A DNA stretch of 59,852 bases, the filler included, from Sphacelaria rigidula (Eukaryota): assembly GCA_964200075.2 (NCBI GenBank). It is 3 parts of 3 records of this genome, joined end to end, with 100 filler letters (N's around TTAATTAATTAA, not from the genome) between each part and the next. Parts side by side here need not be neighbours in the genome. Positions count along the whole stretch, not along the records: positions 1 to 19,894 come from CAXNAA020000595.1; positions 19,995 to 39,874 come from CAXNAA020000596.1; 1 more part is not named here. One strand, given 5' to 3'. Positions 13,301 through 26,159 of this stretch are shown in pieces. Both the position numbers and the translations under genes were made by a program. Position 1 is the first letter of the stretch. Every line of letters begins with the position of its first letter. Under the pieces are notes generated by a model. It did not search any database. It had not been told where the DNA came from and saw only the letters and a list, made by a program, of their open reading frames with translations.

Positions 13301-14069
13301 ATGAGCGGTGGAAAAAACAGAAACTTGAAATCATGTATTTCACCTTTTCATCCGCCGCGGACCAAAACGCGTATCGGCGGAGTACGTTGCCCTCCGCCTC
13401 TGTCGGCATGTCACACGCCACCACGTGGGGACAGCACCCAATGGTTGACTGGTTTCTTTCTGACGCGATCAGTCGGATATTTCGAGGCGTGCCGAGATGT
13501 GGTACGTGACTCGTCCGGGTTTGTTCGCCTTGTGCGTCCATCCCCCGAAGCTTTGTTCCAGTGTTCGCCTTGTGGCAGACGAGGAGAAAACTATGATATA
13601 TTTCCATGCGCGTTTCCTCTTCCGTGTGAACAAAGACGCAGGGTTTGGTTTTGCCCCGTCTTCTGTGGTGCTGTGTGCACGGGTATATTTAGCCCTCGTT
13701 CTGTCGTGAAATGATACACGTAAGGTATCGGAACAAATTGCTGATTTCAACAAAGCGAACAGCACTACTGGTGCGTATCCGTCAGACAGAGCGTCACGTT
13801 TAGCGGCCACTGACATCAGTCCACTCGATGTACACGTATGTGCATGGCGGTTGTACGTACGAGCATGACAACTGTGCGTCCTTCCATCTCATGCCTCGTG
13901 ATCTTTGTCTCTTGATTATCCCGTGTTTGTACAGTTTATGTCGGTGAACAGACGGCTTGACCAGGTTTCTGCCGACGTGCAATCCTGGAGTCATCTGGAG
14001 GCTGCAGCCTGCCTACCGCTGTCGCTTTTCGTCCAAGGATTTCGTGACGCGGTTGGTTCTCCTGTATGA
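7321..14069 (+). CDS. TBC-domain (Rab-GAP) protein, 6 exons, ~549 aa if the ATG at 7321 is the start
   Basis: Phase-consistent GT-AG exons 7321(or 7301)-7472, 8290-9226, 9858-10004, 11912-12045, 13009-13183, 13965-14069(TGA). Contains IAADMPR (IxxDxxR arginine finger) and GYNQ|GYD (YxQ glutamine finger, split by an intron). An additional upstream exon is possible (acceptor at 7299-7300). Confidence 0.8.
10025..10092 (+). mobile_element. Short poly-G-associated insertion, copy 2 (diverged), in TBC intron 3
   Basis: ggggcgtactgatttgttgcttgccctgagtcattt flanked by imperfect direct repeats gtagacgggaggtgggg / gtagagggaggtgagg. Confidence 0.7.
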
Positions 14070-14399
14070 CATCCTCAATAGCTCTACTTCGTTCTATATG
14101 TATATGGTGATGAGTGATTTTATTGGCCGTTTTTTGTCGGCTTCAGAGTTGAACGCATGGCTGTGTTTTTATTTTTATTTTTATCACTTCGTCGAAGATA
14201 TTTTTATGCGTTGTGGATTCGACCTTGTTTTGCTGTATGAGTAGACAAACAATACTTTCAGGCTATATAAACGTGCCGATCTGACACACATGATGTCTTT
14301 TTACAGCAGAAACGTAGAATGGATGAATGATTCTTTCTTTCTTTCCTTCTTTTTACCGTAAGTTCTTGATTTTTTATTTTTATTTTCGCGGGTATCCGA

Positions 14400-17300
14400 C
14401 GAGCTTCTGTGTTTTAAAGATCATGAGATATCCGATCCTTTCAGTCTGCCGCTTGCCCTATACCTTCCTTGGTTGGCGCTCTCGTGTGCTCCATGTACAC
14501 GGGAAAATGTACGTGTGCATTTGTGCGGTTTGGATCCTGCTCGCGCGCTGCGCGTGAAGGATCTTCCGAGCATTATGTAGAGCCATGCGTTGTTTGACCT
14601 CCTAGGGACGTGATATTTCGAGTAGAAGATGCGTGAGGCGTCCCCTTTACACGCGATCTGGATGGAGAACATTTGCAAACTCCATTTCTTGTGTGGGCAA
14701 AACTGTATGGATTTCCAGGGGTACATGATCGTGAGCGGGGGTAGTAGTGCAGGACGTGGGGGTGGGGGTGCGTTGAGGGTTCACGGGAAGAGACGCTCTA
14801 TGCCTCAACCGCAGAATTTAGCGTCGATTTGAGCATGGAGGAAGTGGTCCACACGTAAGGGAGATGAAGGACGTTGGGTTTATTTTCAAACCCGCAACCC
14901 CCCCTTCTCCTGCTCGCCTCTTGGCGACGGGCTTGTTGGATGTAGCGATTTATACCCGGCCGATTTCTGTGAGACATGTTGGGTGTTGAAAATCGCGACA
15001 TTTTTTCTTCCACGTTGATACATACGGCTTTCTTAGCTTAAAATAATAGTGTGGGCCTTGTTGTGCGTGCGGTCCTTCTGAGAGAAGTCCACGACATGAC
15101 GCGTGTAAATAATGGTGTAGAGATATTCATGGTGCGAGAGGAAAGCGATAGGTTGTTGTCGGGGTAGAAGTTTTTGGCGTTTTTTTTCATGTTTTTTTTT
15201 CATGTTTTTTTTTCATGTTTTTTTTTCATGTTTTTTTTCTCTGCGTTCATCACATGAGAAGTATATTTTCCTCACACTTCTTACCATGCGCGAAACTCCT
15301 GTGAACAAGCGCCGTGTAGAAACAGTGTGCGAAGAGCCGGTTTCGAATCATGCCAGGAAGAAGTGGGGAGTTTATTCGAAGTTTATTTTGATGTTTGCGT
15401 CGCGGTGTTTAGTCATCGTTTTCGATATAGTTCGTTCACGCACACCGCGGGGTTAGTTGTGTGGAGCTGAACCGCTGAATCGAGCAGCTGGGTTGTCTCG
15501 ACACACAGTAGCAGCTGAAGGGGTTAGGGAGAGGGCGGGGGAGGGGGGGGGGAGGGGAACCGTTGGTAACTATTGCAATATGCTGTCTCATGGGCTCGGA
15601 GAAAACGGTTATTCTCTTTGGTGACTTCACACAATTGAGCCCCCACGCATGAGTTTATAGGCGGGGGAATCTGTCATACCTAGAAATTAGTGTTTTTGGG
15701 TGTGTGAGTTTTCCTCCGTGAAGTACATGTCGGGTCGGTGAGAACAAGAACCCGAGTGTTGCGTCAAGCCTTAAATGTTGGGTTTGGATCATCTATGCAG
15801 TAGCGTTTGATGCTGTGGGCGGCTGTTGTCGAAGTTGTGCGTTTTTGGTGTCTGAGATGTTGCAATGATGGCGAGCGGGAATTTTACGAGCTTGGGAAAA
15901 GGTACGAGCTTGACCGAATGCTTGCCGTGTATCTTCGTGTGGTCCAGGGGTGTCTCGAGTGTGTTTCATGTGATCGCTTGAATGGGTTCTCCGTGTTGTA
16001 CAGACGTTTTCGAAGTACTCCGGGATTTAGGGGAGACTTGGGCAATGTACGTTGGTGGATGAAATAAAAGTTTAGAGGCCAGGGGAACGTGTATGTGTAC
16101 ATTCGTTTGCGCGAAGTTGATATTTTTTTAGTGTTTCGTTCAAGGTGGTAAATCGCCAGCATACCAATGTTTGTCTGCGGTGGAGATGATCCGCCGTTTC
16201 CGACAAGCGCATCACACGCACGACGTATTTTATGACGGTCATTTGCACGCTACGAGGGGTATACTGGCGTGTCCTTTGCTGCACTGAAACAGAATTCAGT
16301 GCATACGAGAGTCAGTATACTTGATCTGGAAATGATCTGTTCTGTATGTGGCGTATGCAGCCGATCCCACCCCGGACCTCCCCTCCTCTCGAAGGAAGCT
16401 CACGTGTAACGTGTAACGTGTAACGTGGGAATCCGGTAAGGAGGGAGGCAGGCCCGTTTGGATTATGACGTTTCCAGGATAACTAGCACAATCTGATATA
16501 TATCGTGATGGTGATATCTATCAGGCATTTGGTGCAGTAGTGGTTATTTTTATATCAAATTGGATAAGTGGAGGATGCGTTTCTGTGTTGTGTTTAAAAG
16601 AGAGTGGAAATCGGGTCTAACTCTGTTCGTTCTTTGTTCTGTGGAGCTCGTAGGCACGTGGTTTGGAGGTGGAAGAACTAGTGTTACCGGGAATGAAGAT
16701 TGTAAGCTGCGGATCCATTTGTGGGTCAAACACTGGTGTCAGCAGAGGATGGATAACTTCAGGTTTGGATCTGTAAATGTGTGTGGGTGGAACATGACGT
16801 GTTCTGTGTATTGAGACCAGGGGGGATCACAAATATTTCATACTGGGTGAAATATGCGCACGTTTGCGGCCTTGTTTGTTAGTTGGCCCGTGTGTGTTGA
16901 GAGGGTGATGCTCGGCGTTCGGTGGTCTGTACGGTGTGACGCAAATGTGGTGTCTGGTTAGTTCTCACGAGGTAATTTCATGCTGCAGTCAGAATCTACT
17001 TTCGTTGAATATATGCGTCGGCGTTTGGATGACCACGGTCTGACCTGTGACGAATTGATGCTGCGGTGCAGGGGAGGAGCGATTGGCTCTGTGAGATGCA
17101 TGTGTGTTGTGTCTATGTTTGCCGAGGGGTATCATACCTGTGAATTCATGAGCAGATGTGAGAGCGCCTCTCTGTTTCTTTTCTTGACTTTTTCTATCGT
17201 GGAGACGGTCGGGGGGACAGGCAAAAAATTCGCCCGTGGAACGATGTCACTGGCGGTCTGAGCACTGCTGAGAGTGCGGTGTGGTGTCAACATGCACCTG

Positions 17301-19200
17301 GTTGCCTTGTGTCATTTTCTGGCTATCTCGGCGATCCGAGGGCGTGGTTGGAGCCGTTGGAATGGTGGTACTAACGCGTATCTGCAAACAATTTTTTGCT
17401 GGAATCGTGTCGTGTCTTGCCTGTTGTTGCGCTGCCGCCATGAGCGGCTCGGAGGTAAAGCACGCTTCACTACCCCGTGGAGGGTAGTAGGATACATCGA
17501 TACACGTTCCTTTTTTTACGCGGATCGTGTACAGCACCAATGTGACGTGTCGGGGAGGTATTTGGTCAGTGCCAAGGATGTCGGCGTTTCCGGGAGGTAG
17601 TCAGCGAATTGTTCTCTGGTCTGATGTGGGCGGGCCTATGGATGGCCCCGTGAACGTGAAAAGTCAGGGTGGACTTCTCCGCCACGGGGTCTGAATGATG
17701 TTCCCGGAGCCATACTTTGGTGGTGGAGGGTATCTGATGTTCCGGGACATACGTTCAGTCGTGGTTCAGGACTATCGGCTGAGGTGGTTCGACGAAAAGT
17801 CGGGGTCCTCCGAACGAAATGGGTTGAGACATGCGGGCCTTGGAGTGGGGGCATTCCAGTGTTTCTAGGCTCGGATGTTTCGGGAGTGAGACGGACGGCT
17901 GGGCGGAGGCTGCGTAACGTAGTAATGACAACGGAGTCGGCCCGCGAGGTCGTTCACGTAAGTGAGGGTGGGGGGGAAGCGGGGGGGGAAAGACTGTGCG
18001 GTTTTGTAGCGTTGCTGTCCAAGGGGGCGGAACCGAGCACTTCTAGCGGTCGAAATTATTGTAACATCAACGTATAATTACGTTCGTTTGCGCAATCGTT
18101 CATGATTAGTATCTAATGTGGACGATGGTGGTTTTATTACATATATATATATATATATATATTTCGTAGAAGCACCAGTGTCGCTCTCCGTCTCGTATTT
18201 GTGGCGGATCTGGCGGATATTAGTGCGTGCGTTTCCAACTGTTTTCCTGTGTTTTGGCAGCGACGGAGTAAGTTTTGTTTGGTTCTACAGTAAATGTGGT
18301 GGATTAGATATCTGGGTATGAAATGTTCCGCGGTAAGGCGTGGACTCTTCGAAGACTACCCTTATTTTTCAAACCATTTTTCGTGTGTTCGCGGATATAT
18401 TGGTTTTCGGTTAAAGTTGTCGGTAGTGTCTCTCGCGTGACACCTATTTTTGTTGACCGTTGCGGACAGTGTTTCCACACTTCCGAGTATGCATGATGTG
18501 CCCAGGGCGTGACTGCGGGCGATGGTTATGAGTCGTTTGCTCGTTGCTTCGTGGTGTGGATTGACGACAGATGGGCCTGCCGAGAGTTGAGGTGCTGACT
18601 CCGACCATTGGCGCAGGTTCCCCTGCCTGAGTTGTGAGCTTCTAACGCCTGGAGGGTCTTCAATTAATTGATGGTTTACTTGGGTACTGTTTGCGATTCG
18701 CTCATGATGATTGCGATTTTTTCTATTATGAAGAGGCGGAGTAGTCTCTTGTCTCTTCAATACGTTCTTTTACCGTAATTGTCACCATGCTACGTTCACG
18801 GGAGAATCGCCGGTGCGTTGCCCCACGTCGACGATATGGACGGTTTTGCTGTGTAGCCGCAGACAGGAGTGCTGTGATGTGCTGTTTGAAGGGTGAGGTG
18901 CGACATCCGTGTCGGCGGCTTTTGTGTGTAAGTGCGGTGTTTCAGCCACTAGTTGGTGGCTGTTGTGCTCCGGTGATTCGCCCGTTTTCACGTGGTGGAA
19001 GTATTCCGATACTGCTATTTTTGGTACGGAATACTCGAATGAATTTGATTGCACGATGTTGGCGTTTGCGTGTACCGTTCCACCGGGGAACGGGGGTAGT
19101 TTTGACGGTGCTATGTGATAAATGTGGTTTCCGTGTTCGGTATATATTAACATGAATGGATATTGCTGCATAGTTCAATCCGCTGGTTTACTCCGGGCGT
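14400..19200 (-). mobile_element. Heavily decayed non-LTR retrotransposon (L1/Tx1-like); boundaries approximate
   Basis: Sustained G+T skew on the plus strand (A/C-rich sense strand). Frameshifted RT motif traces in the expected order on minus: NA(F)DR..H near 16510-16535, VQQ(G) near 16270-16285, YAGDL (for YADDL) at 16149-16163. Confidence 0.5.
15180..15240. repeat. (T7-9CATG)n tandem, 4-5 units
   Basis: Directly visible. Confidence 0.9.
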
Positions 19201-19206
19201 GTCGCT

Positions 19207-19245
<39 letters not shown>

Positions 19246-19894
19246 GAACTTCCAAAACACTCGTCTTGAGCCCTTCAATAATTAATTGAAGGATGAACAC
19301 ACTAAACAAAGCAAACGAAGCCATCCGTCAACCAACCGATCAGCAGGAGAAGCGGAAATTGACTTCGAAGAAATGTTGATCCTTGCGGTACGCCTCGATT
19401 ACTCCGCCCGTTTTGAAAAAAATGCACGTGTCATCTGCTGTTGATACGCCATGTATGAATGTCAAGCTCTCAAAATTCTCCGTGGTGTTGAGGAGGACCC
19501 ACAGGAATGTCATCCCAACTTCCGTCGGACTTTGTCGACGGATAAAAGCTGCCCCCAGGATATACATCTTACAGCACGCCCTTGGAAGTTGGGTGTCGAA
19601 GGGGTACGACACCACGACACCGCGACACGCCGGGGACGAGGATCCGTTTACCGCCAATCAAGATGAACACTTCCTTTCTGTCGTCGAGAAAAATATTGAA
19701 TGCCACTGGGACTAGTGAACGTTTGATCTTTTTCAGCTGACTCAGGAGTGCCCCCCCCCCAAAAAAATGCGAGGCCCTATGCCGATTTTTTTAATCCTAG
19801 GTGTTGTCGGGGGGGGAGGGGGGGGGGGGGGGCCGTAGGTCCCAGGAGTTTTTGTGGGAAAAATGAAGTAAAAAAAGGAAAGGGAAAAAAGAAA

Positions 19895-19994
19895 NNNNNN
19901 NNNNNNNNNNNNNNNNNNNNNNNNNNNNNNNNNNNNNNTTAATTAATTAANNNNNNNNNNNNNNNNNNNNNNNNNNNNNNNNNNNNNNNNNNNN
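19895..19994. other. Artificial 100-nt contig linker (N44-TTAATTAATTAA-N44)
   Basis: Six-frame-stop spacer inside Ns, identical to the linker at 39875. Confidence 0.95.
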
Positions 19995-20002
19995 ATTCAC
20001 AG

Positions 20003-23000
20003 TCAGTTACGGAAAACATCATTGCTGTCTCCCGACTGTGAAAGGACCAAAGGACCGCAATAAAAATAGGGCGCACCGGCTTTTAGCTGATGCGGACCTC
20101 CAACACTCTGGCATGAAACAGACGCGTCAAACTTTTCGGTGACCGCGTTGAGCCTTTCGGTGGCCGCCTTGAGTTCTTTCTCAGCCTTCTCCGCGCGTCG
20201 AGGCGCCGCCTTGACCTTGCGCGCGGCCGCCAGGGCACAGGTCAAGTCTTGACCGGTTCTTTCCTTTTACTTCGCCCATGCTTCGCGGGATTTCGATTTT
20301 TTCTTAAACTTCGAAACACCGTGCTTCTGATAATTTCCTATTTTTCACCTCCGCAAAAGCTGCTGGTCCTCAACCCACAACTGCCGATTTTTCAACTTTT
20401 TTTTCTCGGCAACCAAGTACAGGATTCGACTGCGGTTTGATGTGCGCTTTCCATACACCGGAACTGTTCAGTGTGGCGACAAATTTCCGTACGCGTGCCC
20501 AGCACTTTTGAAACCGCTGCACCAAACACAAAATCTTCTGAAAAACGCGTTTCCTGCAACGTTCTGGGACTTTTTGTATCCCCTGTGGCGAATGGAGCAA
20601 ATCTGCTCGCGCTGCTGTATAGGTGTCCTGTGTGTGCTGCGGGCTGTGAAGTTCCAGAGGCCGCTGTGCGTCCTGTCACGAGATAATTGCCATGAAAAAA
20701 ATTACATCTGTCGCATACTAAACCTCGGTGACTTGGGATGGAGCGTGTGTCATTTTCGGCAGAGGTTCGGCACAGGCCCGACCAGTCTATGACGTCTTCA
20801 ATACGTCTTCAATATGCGTTCGCATTCAATTTTTTTTGTGGGAACCGGATTTTTGGTCGGTAAGGCCTTCATTCACCCTCATAACTGTGTGTAGAAAAGG
20901 TATACTAAAAGGTGGGGTACTTTCATTCTTCACACAGTCAAACCCTCCCCTTCCTCGGGATGAGTCTGTGGTGTCAAGGGATCAAGCCATCTCCCCCCCG
21001 GTATGGTGCACGCCTTACATTGTCGTACCGCGGATGGGATCAGCACTCCCGCACCGCGTCGACAGTCGTTAAGCACACCCAGTCAAGCATAATCTTCTTT
21101 TTGTCGCTCGCTCCCTCACGCTTCCAACGACGGGAATCAAATACGTCACCAACAAAATCGAAACCAGATTCATCTGACGGGAATCGAACCCACATTTTCC
21201 TGACCAAATTATGTCTAATAGTATCAGTTGAACCTTTAGACCATAATATGCGGCTGCTTTTGGGTGCTAGCAGCCCGCTGCTGGCGTAAACTTTGTCCAT
21301 TTCGTCCTTTTTCTTCTCTTCGTACAACACCGAAGAATTGAAAAAACGACCAACACGTGGCTTTTTCTCGGCCGACGCTTTCTTGCGCCGCGCGCACGTC
21401 CGGTAAACTTCGTATATGTATGCCATGTTGTGGGATCCAGCCTCCGGGATATATACACCGGCAACTCAAACAAGTGTCAAGCCTGCCCCCCCAATATGAC
21501 ACAGATTGCAAGCATTTGTATAGAAGCACGATTTATCCTTGCCATGTGATTATGCCCTCATACAGTACTCAGCCAAGAATACCTACGCCCACTATATACG
21601 TGTTGAACCCGCCACAACTGAGTAGGTGCTATTGCGGACTTCTAGCAATATTTTTTACAGCTGTTGGGACCCTCCCGTGCCAAGGTCGGAGCCGTACCGA
21701 TAGTGGGTTAGCCCTTCCAATAATCTTGCGTACCTCGCGGTACATGTTCAAGAAATACGAATGATATGCCACTCACTACATTCCACTGAGAACTGAACGT
21801 GAATCAAACGACTCACTGTCGGGCCCGAGCATTTGTTTTGAATGCACCACTTCACGCCTCCGTTCAGGTGGGACTTGCATCGATATTCCCGGCTTCAAAG
21901 TTGACCCGTGTTTCAGCAGATCCGTATTCACCGTCCAGTGAGCGCACGCCACTGTGGCAAATATCGGGCCCTGTTGCCTCGATAGAGGGTAAAACAAGTT
22001 GGTGAGCGACGAGTAGGACAGGGGAATGTCGCCGCCACAGTGTGTACCATCCCACACAGCAAACCCGTCTGGCAGTGTCAAGAGCGCACACCGCGGTCGC
22101 GAAGTAGGCGAGCAATACCTACAACTTCACGAGGATCTACGCACTTTACATGTATTACAGCATATTTTACGAAATGGCACGCCATGTCATTCAGATGGTC
22201 TACTGAAACGACTTGATTGAAGCTCGAAATACTTGATTAGTTATCGCTACCATACACCTTCACTCGTTCATCGATCAAACCATCAGTCGTACAGGATGCC
22301 TGGAACGACATGTATTCTCTTCAAACTTCAAGTCCCTTTACTCTGAAAGGTAGGACTCTACGGCAAACGATTCCACGCCATTTCACGTGTTCGACGGATG
22401 GCGTGAATAAATCTCGGAGTCTTCGCGAAATTCATCCTTCGTCACATTCCCGTTTGCTTACAGGAGTGATTGCGCTACAAAATTTTTGTAAGAGTAGCGG
22501 CATATATTGGCTTCTAAGCGGAAGCCTCCACAACCTTGCAATGCGCCGTGTACTCTGATGATTACAAGAGTTTTTATTTATCACGCCGTTGTGTCCGCAT
22601 TTTCCCTTAAACGACGCGGTTAAAGACCGTGTTTTGTATTAAATCTTGCCCTTGTCGCATGTTCACTCAAGTCTAGAGCAGTTCATTGCCGTACAGATTG
22701 TAGCAATTTTCCATGAATGTAATCTCCAATCAAATCACTCTCCCCAACTTTTCTGAGCTTTTGTGCTTTGGACGGAGAATCACAAGTGATGAGTTCTCAA
22801 GGATACGTGTTTCGTCTTCCGGGGTTCGGTACCACTGTGCTTGGTCATCAGCCCGGCATTCTACTTCTTTTTTTTCATCCCTTTTCTTTAGTTTACTTAG
22901 TTTTCTTTTTTTTGCGTATTTCCCCTCTGTCGAGTTCCCTTCAGCGAGTGTTACTCTCCATTTACCTTAGGGTACGTCATCCTTGTGTCTAACGATCACG

Positions 23001-23950
23001 GCTGAATTCGTGGTGGAATAATCGATGTTAACGACCAAGAATAAAAACAAAAACAAAGTGCTTAAGAGGTGGCACAATTTCATCAAGGGGGCAATGGAAC
23101 GGCGCAGTTGGAACTCGTGTTTTTTTCTTTCCAAAAACCTCTTCAAAAGTGTAGCGGTTGTTTTTATTCGAACTTTGTACCAAATTTTCCGACTCTCAGC
23201 TGGTCCTACTCACCTCTGACGCTGTACGATTGCCCCATGCTACAGGGGGAACTCTGCAAATGCTTTGAAGTGCCCCATGAAGCTACATTAGACGAGCATA
23301 ATCGCTTTCACGGGCAACGCCATCAGGGCAAGGGGTCAGTGTTGAATCAAATATAAACTTGAACGTATTTTTGGTACCCCAGCCCCCCTTTTCATCGCAA
23401 CACATCCAATACTGAGCGCACACAGTTGCTGATGATTCATGCTCGAGCTTGAAGTGTTTCTGTAGGTGCGTTACGATAACGTGAGTTCTGCCTTTGCTGC
23501 GAATTCCAGCCACGGTTTGAAATGACGAACACGTGTATGCCATCGACGCACTTGCTTCTTCACTACATCTATTTTTCAGGTGATGATTATGTGGCCTGAA
23601 CGGTGAAATGAGTCAAACCACTCGCGTTACGTAGGCTTATCAGTATGCTACCCATGAATATCGCTGAAGTTGCTGTGAACTAACTTTTCACCTCGTACTC
23701 TCCGCCAAGTATCCCCTTGAGGGGACGTGACAAAAGTACCGGCATATACACACATCATCAGTGTAGAAGCGCATCGCCGACAGTTAGCGTGTGGCTCGCG
23801 CAGTATCGCAACGTACCTTCTGAAGATCATCACATCGGCCGGCCATTTACGTCTACAGTAGTCAGCGTCAGACGGATGCAGAATTCGTAATTTCTTAGGT
23901 TCCCAAAGATTTTCCAAATTTGTTTCGCTTGCCACCGCTCATCACAGTGA
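20003..23950 (-). pseudogene. Large decayed ORF with superfamily-2 (SNF2/D6-D11-like) helicase motif traces, interrupted by a SINE
   Basis: Long broken minus frames with motifs in the expected order: TAPFHCPLDEIVPPL (~23060-23110, motif III-like), AYHSYFLNMY...WHGRVPTAVKNIARS (~21640-21770, motif IV-like), GGAGLTLV*VAGVYIPEAGSHNMAYIYEVYRTCAR (~21390-21495, motifs V-VI-like). Multiple stops and frameshifts. Confidence 0.45.
20930..21254 (-). mobile_element. tRNA-derived SINE, family A (full length)
   Basis: Minus strand has A box TGGTCTAAAGG and B box GGTTCGATTCC. Body homologous to 1920-2160. Confidence 0.8.
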
Positions 23951-24231
23951 CTGTTGGATGCGAAAAATTGGGCATCTGGAGACATTTCGATCCTCTTGAC
24001 AAATATTGAAAGAAAAACTATCCGCGATCAATATTGAGTGACTTACGGGCTTGACCGATCTTCGGGGGTCCTGCGGAAGTGCAACCCCAGGTTCTAGCTT
24101 TTCGGTATTTTCGGTGGACCGACTCGATCCCGATCATATAAGTGAGAAGACTAAATAATGATGACGTTTTTGAAATTCCACCTTTTCACTACGCTAAAGC
24201 TGGAAAACTATGTTTCATGGACCATTCACAG

Positions 24232-24678
24232 TCAATAACACCCTCCTGATAAACGGGGTCCTTACTCCGTATCGCCCCCACGACACCAACTTGGGCATTG
24301 CGATTTGAGCACGGTTTGCTTATTTTGCCAAAACTATCGACGCTAGCACTTTCGAGTGCTCATGGAAAATGTCAAAACCCCCCGAAAAGAGGTCATTCGC
24401 AGAAAATGCTAGACGTGGGTCTTTGCAGTATAGGAGGGAAACGCGATCTTGATCGTTGTTGTGAATTTTTTTTCACGCATTCATTCATCTGAATTTTTAC
24501 CGTTTCGTTGCGGAAGAGCCGGAAAACTGTTTTTATTGGACCAAAAACGATCAATAACACCCTCCTGATAAACGGAGTATCTAGTCCGCATCGCCCCAAA
24601 AACATCAACTTGGGCACTGCAGTTTGAGCGCGGTCTACGCTTTCCCCCTAAATCTACCAGCGCTTGCACTTTCAAGTA
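24232..24678. repeat. Two diverged ~125-bp direct repeats (~24232-24357 and ~24551-24678)
   Basis: tcaataacacc(c)tcctgataaacgg...caacttgggca...gcactttc(g/a)agt occurs twice, about 320 bp apart. Confidence 0.8.
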
Positions 24679-25508
24679 ATGATGAAGAATAATACCCGAG
24701 AAAAATTCAAAAACTACGACAACTACGAATTCCCAAAACTTCTGATGCTGACTACTATATATTGTTACTTGAGTGGTTGATCCTGCCAATCCTGCCACCG
24801 GGCCTATGATGAAAAATGATTCGTACAATAGCGTAATTGATGTAATCTATTACAGGAATTGCGAGAGTAGAGTGGCGTATTGTTTTGAACGATAGTTGTG
24901 GTAGGTACGTCCATGGTATTTTGGGTCTTGACGGTGCAATACATTGTAGTCATAGTGTATCACAACAGTAACAGTACACCACGGTGCAAAGTGCAGTACG
25001 TGTGCTACAAAGAAGGTTGGATTGTGCATGACCGCATTTGACACCACATACTACATTTCGTTTGAATTATAACTTTGTGCGTATGAAATATTGCCGATGC
25101 TGATTGCACATATTCTTCATTCAACTTTCTTCCTGCTTTTGTCCTGGGCAGCAGGAAGATACCAAAGGTAAATGAAGCACAGATCAGGCCTAGATAACAA
25201 ATAACCGAAGAGAACAATCTTGTTGATCTCTGCGGCAGATAGGATTGAGTAGCGCACGTGTATCCAGCAAAAATCTCAAATAAAATCGGTACAAGAATCA
25301 CAGAAAAAGACCTAATTTCGCTGATTTCAATTTAATTATTTCATAACGACCCAATGAACTCCTTGATGGTCTAATGGCAAGACACCGTATACAACGCGCA
25401 CCAGAGGAGAGTGAATCTCGACTCTAGCAAAAGACGTGCCCCAAATGCAGTGAAACATGAGTTGATCCCAAACATTCCCGAGTTGCTAACACATCCATAA
25501 CGACCTAC

Positions 25509-25876
25509 CCCCACAAGAGCACAGCATCTCCTTCTTGAGAATCTTTTCCGAAGAATGCCCCGGCTTCCTCCATTTCCTGCGGAGATTTCACGCGTATGGA
25601 GAGAGTAGTCTGCGGAACATCGCCGACTTCCACCCTCCTCGATGGGTCGCGCACACACATGCCATCTCCTTCTTGCTGTGGTGACGTGCACCGCTGTGAT
25701 GGGTTGAATGCTTCTCGTGGATTCTTCAAATGTATGCCTGGCCATGATCGGCAAGTCTCAGTTCCACATGATCGTCCCCATCCCGGATTCGACCGTGCAC
25801 AGTTCATGCGCCCACCCAAAAGCGAGAAAAGGCCTCCCGAGCGGTTGAGCAGCAGAGCATACGGGCCAATCTTCAT
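25509..25876 (-). CDS. tsaE: Exon 1 of a TsaE/YjeE-like tRNA t6A biosynthesis ATPase with N-terminal extension (rest of gene not in contig)
   Basis: ATG at 25876. The exon ends ...SIRVKSPQEMEEAGAFFGKDSQEGDAVLLWG|gtagg, matching the TsaE N-terminus immediately before the GDLGxGKT P-loop. GT donor at 25508 (phase 2). The P-loop exon was not found. Confidence 0.7.
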
Positions 25877-26159
25877 GGCTCACACAGCTTCAAAGCGTAT
25901 CCTGTTCCACTGAAGCCGGAAATGACCGAGACGTTTTGTTGATATCCAACTAAATCAAGGGTGTGTCGATATCTCATCAAGCCAGCCTGATCACTTTTCG
26001 AAAGTATAATTTACCGCGGGTCTGAGCAAGCGAGGACAATTTGACGAAACAGCACGGCCGCACACGCATGACTTCTTCCTTGGATGCTGGTGGTGGTGGT
26101 GCAGAGAACGCGAGAAGAGTTACTCCTACACGAGCGTTCTTTCCTTGCAGACTGGAAAA
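25877..26159. promoter_or_regulatory. Putative bidirectional promoter/5'UTRs between tsaE-like gene and NSA2
   Basis: Only 283 bp separate the divergent ATGs. Acceptor-like ttctttccttgcag ending at 26150 suggests a 5'UTR intron in NSA2. Confidence 0.55.

Noticed and set aside
19939-19950. TTAATTAATTAA palindrome as a biological site
   Set aside because: It is an assembly linker, repeated identically at 39919-39930.
21170-21254. tRNA gene (also 2160-2232 and 46003-46085)
   Set aside because: A/B boxes are present, but there is no convincing cloverleaf and each is attached to a SINE-like body.
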